Shown here piece by piece: positions 39,991 to 52,880 of a DNA stretch of 64,000 nt (the stretch's first letter is position 1; every line of letters begins with the position of its first letter). A model generated the notes under the pieces. It was given only the letters and a program-made list of their open reading frames with translations. It was not told the origin of the DNA and did not search any database. Source of the stretch: Camelus ferus. Lineage: Eukaryota. The translations under genes were made by a program, and so were the position numbers. The stretch is taken from the NCBI RefSeq assembly GCF_009834535.1, contig NC_045696.1:83142001-83206000 (forward strand), in the 5' to 3' direction.

Positions 39991-40559
39991 ACTTCATTCT
40001 TATTCACAGCTGGGCTTACAGTGCCTGCCTATCTCAGTCCCTGGCCCAAAGCAGGTGCTCACTGAATAGTCATTGAATAATGAATGAATGGATGGATTTA
40101 GTCTCTTTGGGACTCAATTTTTCCCCATTCGTAAACTTAGGATTACTAGGTTTCAAATCTTTTAAGGCCACTCTAACCCTTTCAAAATTGTATCTTACAT
40201 AAAAACCTGATATACTAAATGGTTAAAAGTGGAGTTCCAATTAAATAACGGATGAAAAGCCTGAAACAGTTCACCACTCGTATCCTCCCCTTTCCACGTG
40301 CATGCATGCACGCACACAGACAGACACAGACATACACACACACATAGAATATATTCCTTGAGTTACCTTCCTTAAATTCCTAAATCTCTTAAATGCAAGT
40401 AAGTTCTTAGGAGAATTTAATGTTAAAACTAATGAACCAAACTAAATCTCTAAGATTATTTTTATCTATGATTCTAATTCTCTCAACAAAGCCATTTTCA
40501 GCTGTTCTTTTTACTCTCCAAATGCTTAACCACTTACTACAAGCTTACGTACTATTTTT

Positions 40560-41130
40560 TTTTTTTTTTGGAAAATTCAACCCAATAATAGCCCATCTCT
40601 TTTACACCTCGGTTTGTAACGCCAGAAAAGCAAGTACGACAGTTTCTAATACTCTTCCAGGCACACTGTGGAGCTTCCTGAGCCCTCTCCTCTGCTTGGC
40701 CTGCCTCTTTCCAACTGAACTTAAAACGGGTCCCCCACATGGATATTCCCTTCACTGCCCTCAACACACCCCCATCTCGTTAAACTCAGCAGTCCGATAA
40801 CTTCTTATCAACTTCTCTGTCATCATAAGACATTACTAGCATTCCTAAGTCCCAAATGGGAAACACTGAAATGATCTCTTTATGTTTAATCTCTCATCAC
40901 ATCATCTATTTTCTTCCTCAACTCAGTTATAATCCTCCTGTTAAATCTCTGCTGACACTTATTTAATCATACTTGAATCATTACAGATTTCTTAATCATC
41001 AAAGTGATTTTCCTTAAATATCAACTTTATTATGTCATTTCCAAGCTGACAACAGATACAGACTCCCTTGCTTTTTTTCCGTACATCAAATCTAAGCTCA
41101 GCCTGACTCCCAAGGCTTCCTAAAATGTGC
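40560..41130 (+). mobile_element. L2 fragment
   Basis: cccccacatggatattccc...ctcaacacaccccc...ttcataagacatt, pyrimidine-rich L2 body text. Confidence 0.55.
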
Positions 41131-41139
41131 GTCCTCCAC

Positions 41140-43300
41140 TCTTCCTAGCAAACCTTTATATTCACAATTTACAACTTGATAAAATTATTTTTGTCTATCC
41201 ACATGCAAGATAAACAAGAATGACAATATCTTGTGTTGGTATGAAAGAACTAGCCTTCATATACTGGTGGAAAAGTAAACTGGTTCCCTTTTCTTGAAGA
41301 CAGATTAGTAAATTGTATCAACAGCCAAAAATTGGCACATATTTTACAGTCAATGATTCCACATTTAGAAATTAAACCTAAAGAAATAATGCAACAAATG
41401 GCCAAAGATTATGTACCAAGACAAAGTTTCTATTTATCAGGAACTGTTTAAGTAAGCTATGGCAATTGTGATGTTGTGATATAACAAGAAATACACAATT
41501 GGTCTCCATCCTCTGGCTCCTGGCACAAGAACTTCTAAATCATCAGAATTTCCTGAGTAATAAGGATGAGATAAGCTTCTTTTGTTATTCATAATAAGTC
41601 CCTTTCAATTATACCTGAATTTATGCTAATGTGATGACTCTTGATGGGTCCCTAGATAGCTTTAGGATGGGATCTGGTTGCCAGAGGAACCAACCATGTA
41701 ATTAGAGGACTGGAATTTTCAGGCCTTTCTATCCCCACTTCTGTAATCCAGGGAGATTAGAGGGGTAAGAGGGGAGAGGGGCTGGAGATTGATAATCTCC
41801 ATGGCTAAGGATTTAATCAATCATGCCTAAGTAATGAAACTTTCATAAAACTCTCTAATTAATGGAGTTTGTAGAGATCCTATTGGTCAAAACATTGAGG
41901 TGGGGGAGGGAGCTGTGCCCAGAAAGGGCATGGAAATTCTGTGTCCCCCACCCCCAGTATCTCTTCCACCTGGCTATTCCTGAGTTGTATCCTTTATGAT
42001 AAACTGGTAGTAGTAAGTAAGGTACCTTCCTCAGTTCTGTGAGCCTTTCTAGCAAATTACTGAACCTAAGGAGGGACTCATAGGACCCCCCTACCCCGAG
42101 TTTATAGCCATTTGGTCAGAAGTATAGGAAGCCTGGGACTTGAGATTAGAAATGCAGGCAGACTTGTGGGATTGAGTTCTTAAATCCGTGGGGTCTGTGT
42201 TAACTCTAGGTAGTTAATGTCAAAAGTGAATTGATACCCAGTTGGTGTCTGCAGAGAACTGGAGAATTTCTTGGTGTGGAAAACCAACATGTTTGTTATC
42301 AGAAGTGTGAATAAAAACAGTTCCTAGGATTCCATACAGTGGATGCATTATATACACACAAAATATTAAGAGAAAATTATACTTTTATCTTTCAGTAGTA
42401 GAGATTTCATATATTTGAAATTTATTCTTAATTTTAAATTACATTTTAAAATTTGTATTTTGGTAAATATGAAATATTTCAGAGTAAAATTTCTATTTGG
42501 GGGAAAACATAAAAGAAAATACATTACACAAAGTAAAATACTTTAAAATGTTAAGAAAAACTTACATAACTATGAAAAAATCAAATAAATTGGAAAAATA
42601 TCAGAATGTATGTTATTTTAAGGAGTTCATTAATATCCACAATATATCTTTTCATATATCAACAAAAAAGCACATGCCCATTGAAAAATGTCAGATGGCA
42701 TAAAAAAGGCAATGTAATATAAAATGTATTCAAATGGCCAAGAAATAAACAAACAAATTTCAACCTCATGTGTTAAAAAAAAAAAAAGGTCAAATAAGAA
42801 TAATAAAATACCTTTGGGTTCATCAAACTGGTGAGGTTGAGAATGAATGGTATCTTGACATTCCTAATTGAATAAAACATGGCTTTATGATTGTAGTTGG
42901 CTACATATCAAAGCCATATGATTGATGTCATAATTGTATTTTCAAGAAATTAGCCTAAGGAGATAATTGAGAATGTTTGCAAAAATAGAAGAGTGTTCAT
43001 TGCAGCATTGTTTTGAAAAGTATAAGAGTAAAAATCCTTGTTATTTGATAGTGGAAAAATTATTAAAGACACTTTGCTATATTCACTCAATGGGATATTA
43101 TGCAGCTATTGGAAATAATGTAGTAGAATTATCTTTAACTGACACAGAAATAAGTTCATAAGATATGGAGTAAGAAAAAAAACAGTTTAGGTTATAAAAC
43201 CACACAATCAATATGATCCCAAAATTGATAAAAGCAAAACAAAACCCCAGAAGTATATATATTTTCTGGAAGAACCCATAACATGATAAAAGTGAAACCA
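41140..43300 (+). mobile_element. Fragmented L1ME-type 3' relics flanking the MER21 LTR
   Basis: L1 ORF2 3'-end motifs (tcatatactggtggaaaagtaaactgg; atgggatattatgcagctattggaaataatg). Confidence 0.6.
41468..42310 (+). mobile_element. MER21-family LTR inserted into an old L1 3' fragment
   Basis: Starts tgtgatgttgtgatataa...ctcctggcaca. Contains ctagatagctttaggatgg...ggttgccagaggaaccaaccatgtaattagagg, which is typical MER21B/C text. Confidence 0.8.
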
Positions 43301-46300
43301 AATATCCACTGGTGTTGAGGCTGTAGGATTAAAGGTGAAGTTTCTTTTTTTCTTTTTTTTACCCATTGGTGTTCTATAGTTCAGCAGATACGTATCATTT
43401 GCTTAAAAAAGAAAAAGGAAAAGGCAAAGCAATAGTAAGAACATGAGAGGGAGTCAAAAATACCCAGTCTAAATAAGAGCTGAACAAATGAATGCATGTG
43501 TCGAAGTTAGCTGAAGAGTGTTTATGGGGGAGGTCTGTGTGTTTGCGTGTTGGTGCCTGTGGGCAAGAGGAAGTATAAGCTGGGTCCTGAAGGGTCATGT
43601 GGCAGACACTGGAGACCGATGTCTTCCCACTACTGTGTTCTGGGGGCCATGCATCAACCCCAGGGGAATATAAACCAATCATGCCAATCCTGTTCTCTTC
43701 TCTGGTTCATCCTTTTGGCCCTAGCCCGCATTTCTTCTTGCCCAGCTTCCTTTCTGCTTGGAGATCTCTGCAGTTCTTGTTTTCAGTTAATGGAGAGAAT
43801 TTTAGGACAAGTTGATAAGAAGAAACTGAGCCACAACAAAGGGTTCAATCAGTAATACATAGCACAGAAAACATTTGCGATCTAGAGAAAAGAGAAGCCC
43901 ACTTCCTTTTCTTCCAATGCTTTGTTCCAAACCTCCAGTGATGAACAGATAAAACGCCCAATTCATAACAAGCTGGCACTACTCTGTAGTGAAGCAGTCA
44001 AACCTTACATACATCTTTCTAAAGCCAGTGATTCTGTGTGTGGGTTGGAGGCCAGTTGGTGGGGTCTTTACTCTCAAGTCTTTAACTCTGCTACCAAATG
44101 GTGATGGGATACTTTTGATTTTTTTTTTTTTTTTGGTACTCCTTTTAAGATGCTGAATTGTATGGTCTAAATCACTGCCAGTCTCTAAGATGTCCATATA
44201 TATATATATATAAAATCATATTCTTGTTGCTTTCTCTTTACTGTCTTGGACAGTGACACGTTGTCAGCAAAATCACAGTCCTGTGTCTGTGAGCACTGCA
44301 AATGTCTTTCCAACAGACACAGGATTATTTGTGGGTGGTTCTGGATAAAAATTTAGGTGAACCATGAATCATCCCATAGGACTTAACATTTATCTAAAGT
44401 CAACTCCTTTGGTGCAGTTGCATGATTTCGAGCTTCTCTTAAAAATGGTACAAATCCATGTGATTAAATCAATGCAATTTCAACCATATGACTTCATAAC
44501 TGGAAACAGAAGTGAATATGATTTAAATAATCCCAATAGCTTTTGATAGAAAAATATGTGTGACAGTAAAGTCCCAAATATTAACTTGAAATAAAGTAAT
44601 TAAACCATGCTGAGAAAGTCTAGGTCAGTGGCTGGAAAACGGTCCCACTTCCACATCTTGTCTTACTCAGGACTCCATGGTCTACTTCTAGGAAGGGACA
44701 TGTTACTACCGAACTTCAGTTTACAGCTGAACGAGCTTCTCAACTCAATTTATGATGAATATCTTCCTAGGGGCAGAAAAATCACTCTCAGGCTCACTGC
44801 CACCAAGAAGAAGCAATCCATAAATGTTTGTTGAACAAATCAAGAAAAGTCTTCCCATCTTTTGTTGGATTAGGATTAGATGACTATAGGCAGAGAATCT
44901 TATTATGTCAACACAGCACTTAATTATGCAGAGTAATTGAAAATGTCAATAGTAGCTGGAAGGCAGCTTTTCTTTGGGGCTACTGGAATTTCCTACTAAG
45001 TATACCAGGATACCAGAGGAAAACAACTCTGTGTCCCTGATTTCATCCCAAGGATAGCAGAACCACAGTCTTGGAAAGTTTGTCTGCACTCTATACTATA
45101 TCAAGTTATAGTTCACCCACATAATTCTAAAAGCAAGAAACCTTAATATGTTCGTTTTCTTCTTCCCACTTCTGTCCCAAATTGCCACTTGTTCCTTATT
45201 CGTTGCTGGCAAACTGTGGACTTCTTGGGTAAGACCGTGACCTTACACTTGTAGATTCAGACCCGCCTCTGCTAGTCCTCAGCAAGATGGCTTCTGCTGC
45301 TTTCCTTTGGTTACAACGAATGACTGCAGCAGAACAATCCCCAACTCAAAACGTGCACGGTTGCTCAGATAAATCATGCATAATTTTAGTTGCAAAGGAC
45401 ACTTCTTGTCAACTGTGCTAAAATAGCTAGGGTGTGTTTTTCTTTCAGTACATAATGGAGATCTTTGCCTTGCCCCACCCACCTTGCAGTGTCGTGAACT
45501 TGATCCCAATTGCCCTCTAGTCTTTTGTCAGGAAAGTAAATTCTAGGGTGCATGAAAAGCTGTCATTCTTTTGCATAATTTCAAGCAGTCTAAGAAAGAT
45601 CTCTAAGTAAGGAACCCCAGAACATGCAGACTGAAGGGAGCTCATATCTTTGGTAGTGAGAAGGCTTGAGGACGGAGGAGCGGTGATACACTACTGAGAT
45701 CATAAGGTAGGTTAGTAAGAAGACCTTTGTTGCCAGGTTGGAGATATTTTGACTAGGAGACTAGACAGGGGGTAAAAAATGGGAAGTTAGGAAAAGAAAA
45801 AAATCCCAAAGACCTAATTTGGGGGGGAAAAAAAAAAAAGCTGTAACCATCTGGGGAATGAGCAGTGATTCCAGAATTTCTGTACAGAAGGATCTTGGGA
45901 AAAACACCCTGTTTGGAAGAGAATGCATTCTTGAAGCCACAATTTTGTAAAAGCAAGTGAGCCATTTATATTTAGATTTTATGCTAGAGATTAATAAAAA
46001 TTACAAAAATTTAAAGGATGGTTTATTTACACTTTACTTAGGACTGAGAAAAATGTATTGCCTATATTAAAGAATATATATATCATTTGGAGGTACAACT
46101 GGGAAACAGATGAAAATTATGGGGGGAAGATTAAAGCCCCCCCTTAAACTCCCTACTGAATGAGTTCAAGTAAGCATGTAGAGTCTTTTCAGATAATTTT
46201 AATTAAATAAAAATAAAAGCGAGAAGACATGCTACTTATCAAAAACACTACTGTGAATACATATAGTTTTTCCTATTGAGTCTGCAGACCATTTCTTCTT

Positions 46301-46718
46301 GAAGTACAAGTAACAAAATAGACAGTGGAGAAGAAAAGGCCTCACCCATCCTGCTTAGTTTGGGCATTTCCACATTTTCCAAAAACCTTTGTTTGTGATT
46401 TCTTATAACCTCAATGGGATATTTAACATCGCTTTAAATTCTTGAATTCTGTCACAGCTCATTGCCATGAATCACACTGCTCAAGCTGGCTGCCCCGCCT
46501 TAAAAGTGACTGAATATGAACCTAGAGCCTCAAATGGTTTCAGAGACCAAAAAGGCAACAGCTGTTTGTGGAAAGCAACATGTGAAGTAGGTGGTAGGGG
46601 GAAAATGATTGTTTCAAACACACGATCTTGCAAAATGGTATATAGGGCTGGAAAAAATTTTATTGCTCTCAACATGTTGTTCCTTTGCAGCAGGTAACGT
46701 GTGTTCACTGTGACTTCC

Positions 46719-46836
46719 TCTCACAGTGTTTGCTGTCTCATTTCAGCTGGTGGTGTGAAAGGCAGGTAGTGTTCATCAGTGATCTGAACACACTACGGCT
46801 TATAGCCCTCATTGTTAACAGAGCAAGAGCTGACAG
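46719..46836 (-). pseudogene. EGFEM1: Dead EGF exon (homolog of the MEGF6 AINSCALGNGGCQHHCVQLT...RHCV exon)
   Basis: Acceptor ttcaag| then AVSSCSVNNEGYKP*CVQITDEHY, then in a shifted frame CLSHHQLK*DSKHCE. TAG at 46795-46793, TGA at 46740-46738. Length 118 nt vs 126 expected. The donor position reads GGAAGT instead of GTAAGT. Not present in the ORF track. Confidence 0.85.
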
Positions 46837-47619
46837 CTTGAATGCAGGAAGAGGCAAGAAACAAAGTAAAACAGATGTCAAAAAAAAAAAATCCTCTGCT
46901 TGTTTGGGCATAACTAGCATGCTGAGGAATCAATTGCTAAAGAAAATTTATTTCTGTCTATTTCCTATCAATTCCTGAGGTTCTTTGGCTAAAATATTTT
47001 GATATTATCCCCTTCCCCCAAAGAAAACTATCACACAGATGTTAGTCCTGAACTCAAGACAAACCACACAATCATTATCTACAGCATTCTTGTCCTAATG
47101 AAGTGCGTTTCTTCCTTAGTGACAGTGCTTCTCACATTTGGAGGACAATATCCTTTCAGGGAGTCAGAGTAATGAGAAGAAAATTTTCAGCTGCTGCTGC
47201 TACAATTCATCATACATACATGCCCACTATAGAGATGAAAAAACTCTCTGCAAAGGGCTTTCATACTGCTTTATTGGGAATCAATTTTTTAATGATAAAA
47301 ATAAGCTTCTAATTTTATTTTATCTTCATCTAGCTCATAGTAGGGTGACTTGCACACAGTGGTCATTTAACAAATTCTGCTAAATGACAGCCAAGGACAT
47401 GGCAGTCAAAAAACTACGTTGGAGATCGGACATGAGTGTCAAGTAATCAATTTCCTAAAGCTAAATCTGAATTAGGGAAGATAACAGAGAACTGCTCAGA
47501 GAAATAAGTTAACGGTCTTCTGCTTTCATCCATGTTCTGTGAGTTACACAAGGCCAGTAACCATGTCAGTTGCCTCCCTACTGTAATGCCAGGGCTTAGA
47601 ACAAGGTATGGGTGATGCT

Positions 47620-47790
47620 CAGTCATGGGCCAGCTTTGTGAGTGTTTAACCTATGCAGCTGCAAAAGGGCCACACACTTGGTGGAATGCTTTGCCATCAC
47701 TATCATGAAATTCTTAATACTTTTTGAACAAGGCACCCCACCTTTTCATTTCTGTACTCATCCCTGTAAATTACATAGCCAGTCCTACAC
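47620..47790 (+). mobile_element. MER91-like hAT DNA transposon relic
   Basis: gaaattcttaatactttttgaacaaggcaccc...ttttcatttc...aaattacatagccagtcct. Confidence 0.5.
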
Positions 47791-48056
47791 TCACTACACA
47801 TGTGGAATGAGTAACAACAAATAAACAAAAACAACGATTCCCTAGCTTTTTCATCCTACAAGTTCCAAAATTTTCAACTATGTTTGGAGGCCTTCAAATT
47901 TAGTCTCTATAAATCCAGCCTAAATATTCAAAGCTTCATGAATACCATCTCTTTAGGGAAAAAAAGGAAAGAAAAGTACTTATCTATATGTTATTTCAGT
48001 GTACTTCAATATAACACTTTTAGGTTTTTGGGGGGTAGCAGAGATAATTAGGCTTG

Positions 48057-48155
48057 TTTGTTTGTTTGTTTGTTTGATTTAATGGAGGTACTGGGGAATA
48101 AAGCCACAACCTCATGCCACGCACTCTACCACGAAGCTATACCCTCTCCCTCCCT
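48057..48155 (-). mobile_element. Short tRNA-derived SINE of the type common in camelid genomes
   Basis: The reverse complement reads gggtatagcttcgtggtagagtgcg...ttattccccagtacctccattaaa(tcaaacaaac)n, with an A-box-like head and a simple-repeat tail. The lineage assignment is from recall. Confidence 0.6.
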
Positions 48156-48759
48156 TAATATAACACTTAAAAAAATTTTTCCTACTACATTGTAAAGTAT
48201 TCTCGACATGACTTGTAGAGAAATGAAGAGCCAAGGAGCTGACACAGAAAGTAAATGATCTTATTCATTCAACACTTGATAAATATTTATTTATGTTGTA
48301 TCATGTGCTCAGGCCTGAAACAGAATATATAGGGAATTTTAAAAGAAACATGCAACTAAATAATTGTTTTCAAAAACTGACTGTAAAGAAAAAAAAAAGG
48401 TGGAGGGGAAGAGAAGACAAGAATGTGACATTTTCAAAATGCGTTTAAGTATCTGTCAAATGGCAAAATATGTAGACCATTGGACAGAAGTGAAAAAATA
48501 CAGATGTGTCCATATAAGCAAAAAAGTATAAAAATTTCAGTATCTAAGACAACGATAATCATCTATTCCTGTGTCAATAACCTGTTGCCTCTGGTGGGTT
48601 AGCTCAATGGAGTGGTAAGCCATAGTATAAAACTATAATAATTTAGGCAATATGTTACAACCTTAGCATAAACAGGCTGACTGATGCAACATGTCTTATA
48701 GACAAAGCTTGGTATATCAAAGAACCTAATATACTTAATATGTTACAAAGAAAGCCTGC

Positions 48760-49235
48760 AATCATTAAAGATGAGGAGGATCATTCAAAAATGGAGCTGG
48801 GATAGTTGTTGAATTATTTGGAAAACACATAATTTAAGTCCTTGCCTTACAACATACACCAAAATAAATTCCAAATAGACTAAATATTTAAATCTAACAA
48901 AATAAAACTTTGAAGTTACTGGAAAAATTTTTCTGTATTTAGCTGTAAGCTGGATACGACTCTTAAAACTCAAATGGAAGAAAGAAATGTAAAAGGAAGA
49001 CATAAAAATATTGTGCTATTACAGTTTAAACATGAATATGCTGAAAAGCAAAAAATGAAAAATGAAAAAATATTTTAACATATGTGACAAAAGCCCCAAT
49101 CAGTGATATATTATCTACGTAGAAAAATGGAAGAGAGAAATATGCAGGCAATTCAAAAGGAAGGAATGTATATGTTAATAGACATATCAAATATCCAATA
49201 ATACAAATTACAGTAATTATGAGATGCCATTTTAA
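48760..49235 (+). mobile_element. L1 ORF2 fragment
   Basis: tggagctgggatagttgttgaattatttgg...acaacatacaccaaaataaattccaaatagact. Confidence 0.65.
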
Positions 49236-49240
49236 ACTAC

Positions 49241-49670
49241 TGTAAGGGATATCACTGTGCATTGCCCAGATCCTATCTGGGACTGGAATGTTCATTACTT
49301 CAGCCACTAGGGGTATTGGCAGCTGATGGATTTCAGCTAGTCCCTCTCTAGACGTGTCATCAGCTGGAGAGAGCCACCTTGCCCAAGGTCCCATGCCCTA
49401 CTTGAGCAGCCTGCCTCCAATGACTGGCCCAGTACTAGTACAAATTCCTGCCACCTTGGGTAAAGATGGGGCCAATCTGAAAAACTATTCTAGCTCTGAA
49501 GTTTCCACAGAATTGCCTGATGCTGGTTGCAACTGCATCTCAATTCACTCAGCCATTTTCTCCATTCTGCTACCCTTACCTCTCACATGTATTGTTCCCA
49601 AGGGTGCTCTTCAGTAAATGTCTTGTGTGCACACCTCTAGTCTGTTTCCCAGAGAGCTCTACCTACAACA
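49241..49670 (+). mobile_element. LTR16-like ERVL LTR followed by a degenerate ERVL PBS/internal start
   Basis: TG...CA ends and LTR16-type text (cagctggagagagccaccttgcccaagg; gttgcaactgcatctcaattc). It is followed by ttggtaatggaagcagggtgagaaa, resembling the ERVL start ttggtaccaggagtggtccgagaaa. Confidence 0.6.
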
Positions 49671-49889
49671 CTTGGTAATGGAAGCAGGGTGAGAAAAAGC
49701 TACAACTGTAATGAGAAGAAAATGCTAAGTATTGGTTTCAGCCTCTAGACCAGCTGCCGTGGCAGGGACTGCGGCTCATTTCACTAATCTTACTCTTGCA
49801 AATTTTCCTGGGAAAGAAAGCAACCAGAATCCTGGAGGACCTGTTCCCACTAATTATTACAAAAAGCAAGTCGATCTGAGTGGCACAAA

Positions 49890-50289
49890 GCATGGTAGCA
49901 GCTCTGGCAACACCTCCCAGTTGAACCACGTTCATTCCTCAACTGCTGGACGTGTTGGCAGCACACAGCTCATGGCCAAGTCCTTCTCCAGAAGAGCTGC
50001 CCTCAGCTGAAGAAAAGCTCCTCACTCAAGGTCATTCGCCTCCCAAGGCAGCCTACAGCTTGTTTCAAGGGTATCAAGTACCAGTGCCCCGCCTCAAGAC
50101 TGGACAATTTTGAAGGAACACTCTAGCTCTCAAATGATAAGGTTGGCAGAATTCTTGCTGAAATTGCATCGCACTTCAATTTCTCTTTCGGCCTTGTCCT
50201 GTTTCCTAATCCCTCACTTGTGTTGTTTCCAGTAAAACTTTTGCACAAAAATCTTGAAGTCTGTTTTTTAGGAAACCCAAACAATGACA
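49890..50289 (+). mobile_element. Second LTR16-like LTR
   Basis: cagctgaagaaaagctcctcactcaagg...ggacaattttgaagg...gaaattgcatcgcacttcaa...aggaaacccaa. Confidence 0.55.
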
Positions 50290-50719
50290 CCTATCATATT
50301 GGGAAAAGTGATAAAATAAAATATATTGTGTAAGTCTTGTTTGGCCATAAAGGAAAAGGGCAGATTTTCCCAAAATATGGCTGATAGAAATTTAGATTAC
50401 TTTCTGGAGGATAAGTGGACAATAAACATCACTTTTGAGGTAGTCATTCTATGTATGTTGATTCATTCTAAGGAAATAATTTTGGAGATGCTCAAAGATT
50501 TGGCTATAAATGTGCTCAACAGTGACTGTGTTCACTACAGCAACAGAGAGAGAACACACGAAAAAGTCCACAAACAGGTAAGTCATTAAAGACATTCTTT
50601 AACATAAAATTGAGCGTCAGTCATTAAAAATGATTTTGTCAAATTATAACAGCATTGAAGAGGACATATATTAATTTTAAAGAGAGTTTCCAGAAGTTTT
50701 ATAAAGTATGATTTCATTT

Positions 50720-51420
50720 CTGTTGGAAAAGAAAAAGAAACGTATGCTAACTCACATTCAAGGCTCTTAACGCTTTGTCATTTTTCTGGCTTGTGGGAGA
50801 AAGACAGATTAGCAAACTGAGGACATTGTCTCCTCGAGGCTTACATGCCCCTCTTTAAGAAACTGCTTTCCAAACCTACGGTAAAGATAGGGAATTCTGC
50901 ATCATGTTAATCATCCTTTTTGAAGATTGATAATCATGTTTGCCTAATTGTTCTCTTCAAAATTTCCTCTTTAAGATCAATGTTTGAGGGTCTTAAAAAT
51001 TATGCATTTGTACATAATATCATGGAAATAATTATCCACTAATGCCCCCAAGTTTAAAAATATATTGAATTAATGTGGCCACAGGCCCTTAATTTCTTGT
51101 CCTGAACAAAACCATGTTAAAAGTCAGAAGCTTTCTCAGTTGGAACAGTTGCTTGGTTGTCTCCGTTGGAAAACCTCAGTGACTAGCGGCCCTCTACAAA
51201 GAACTTCTTCTGCACTAGCGCTGGGGCACTGAAAAGAACCCCAGCGTCTTGCAGCAGCTATGTTAGGGTCGATGAAGTGTGGCATTGTTAGAATTAGGGA
51301 ATACAGAGCCCTGGAGCCCTTTGATGAGTCCTTCCCTTGGAGTCCCAGCTTTCCATTTTATTACAATTCAAAGAATTCAGATACAATCTCATTTGCTGAG
51401 AAAAGAGAGCAGGCAGTCCT
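50720..51420. mobile_element. Possible old LTR-derived sequence
   Basis: Composition and motifs resemble ERV1-class LTRs; family not recognised. Confidence 0.3.
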
Positions 51421-51467
51421 AGTTTGAGAGCTCTTAAAACCATATAGATGATTGATTGATACTAATA

Positions 51468-51523
51468 AATAGATAGATTATAGATAGACAGACAGATAGG
51501 TAGGTAGGTAGACAGATAGACAG
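51468..51523. repeat. Compound GATA/GACA/GGTA microsatellite
   Basis: Directly visible. Confidence 0.9.
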
Positions 51524-52619
51524 CAAAAGTGTTGGAAGTACACGGAATGTCTATTAGATTTGTCTCTAGTTCTGCCCCAAGAATCTTTCCAAATCTCAGT
51601 ACCCAAATTCTCACTTAGTATAACAAAAATATTGACACTGGTTAATTCTGAGTGATGGTTTTGATTTTTTTACTATTTTCTATTTTTTCTTATATATATT
51701 CTAAATTGTGATACACACATATTCCTTTTATGCTCAAAAATTATGACAACATTTGTAACAAATATGACAGATAATTATTATGTTTGCTGGATAAAGCAAT
51801 ATACGTATAAGATGAAATTCACAATTTTAAAAAATTAGACTAAGTATCTTAGCAGCAAACTCATAAAAAGAAATACAAATGACATGTATATTTTTAGAAT
51901 CCAAACTTAAGAAGTAAAAGTATGTGCATGGTTTCAGTTATCAAATTTGTAAGCATTGAAAGGGACAATAAAATTTGATGCCAGTAAGAATAAGCTAGGA
52001 ACTATCATTCAGTGGTAATGGATCAGTAAATCGTATTAAAAATCTGAAAACATTTTAACAATAGGTTTCAAGGATTTTTTAAAATATGCTTTCTTTTAAC
52101 TTCTACTTTAATCCTCCTGCTTGAAATCTTGCCCACAAAACAATAAAATATCTAGACCATACATGCAAATAAATATTAATGTCAGTATTACTTAGAAGAG
52201 AAAAAAGATTCCATGTTTATATACATTCATGTAAATATCGGAAGGTATCTGCCACAATTAAAGTGAGTTTTGCAAATGCTTTTAGCTTGCTATACATTGA
52301 GGTGTGTGTGTGTGTCTGTGTGTAATATGTGCGCTGTGATACGAACAGGTAACAAAAAGTAGCAGGGCCTCAATTACGAAGAGAAAAACCTGAAATGAAA
52401 GAAGCCTAGATAACACCAGTTGCTGCTCAGTGCTCCTCTCTTCTCTCCCTATTTATCTTGTTTGTTTGTCCTTCCAAATATTTTTTAACCGGAGGATGTA
52501 ATCCTTAGGAAATATAAAAAAAAGGAAAAGAACAAACAACAATAAAAAAAAATCTGAGCTTCACGCAGGAAATTTCATTAAATGTGTATTATTAAGCTAA
52601 GGATGGTATTATATGGTAT

Positions 52620-52880
52620 TTAGCTCAAGAGAATATCATTCAAAATATCTGGACTTTAATCCTTGCTCTGACCGTTTCTAGCAGCGTGACTTTAGTCTCG
52701 CCTATTTACTGATTGTTTGATAATAGGAGATTTATTTAATTCCTCTGAGCTTCAGTTTTCACATCTTTAAAAAGATTATAATGAGTATTTCACAGGATTG
52801 TTGGGGGCAGATTAAACACCTTTAAAAGGGAAAGCACCAAGCAATGTGCCTGACACACTTTAGGTGTTCCATCAATGTTT
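52620..52880 (+). mobile_element. MIR SINE
   Basis: ctctgagcttcagttttcacatctttaaaaagattataatgagtatttcacaggattgttg. Confidence 0.7.

Larger units (their letters stand above)
3563..46836 (-). pseudogene. EGFEM1: EGFEM1 / EGFEM1P (EGF-like and EMI domain-containing 1, MEGF6 paralog), central and 3' exons, decaying or disabled; the gene continues beyond the right end of the window
   Basis: Ten phase-1/1 exons encode EGF modules and an acidic linker, colinear with MEGF6 (e.g. KQCY|RIELEVVNSC vs MEGF6 RQCY|RIEMEIVNSC). Nine have AG/GT boundaries. Lesions are seen at 46.8 kb (stops, 8-nt deletion, donor GG), 15.3 kb (frameshift), and 7.3 and 5.7 kb (double frameshifts). Paralog rather than MEGF6 is inferred from divergence, AT-rich long introns and similarity to mouse Egfem1 as I recall it. 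Confidence 0.85.

Noticed and set aside
45240-45300. HLAED-like segment with a gtaagg donor on the minus strand
   Set aside because: No EGF cysteine pattern; the expected exon was found at 46719-46836 instead.
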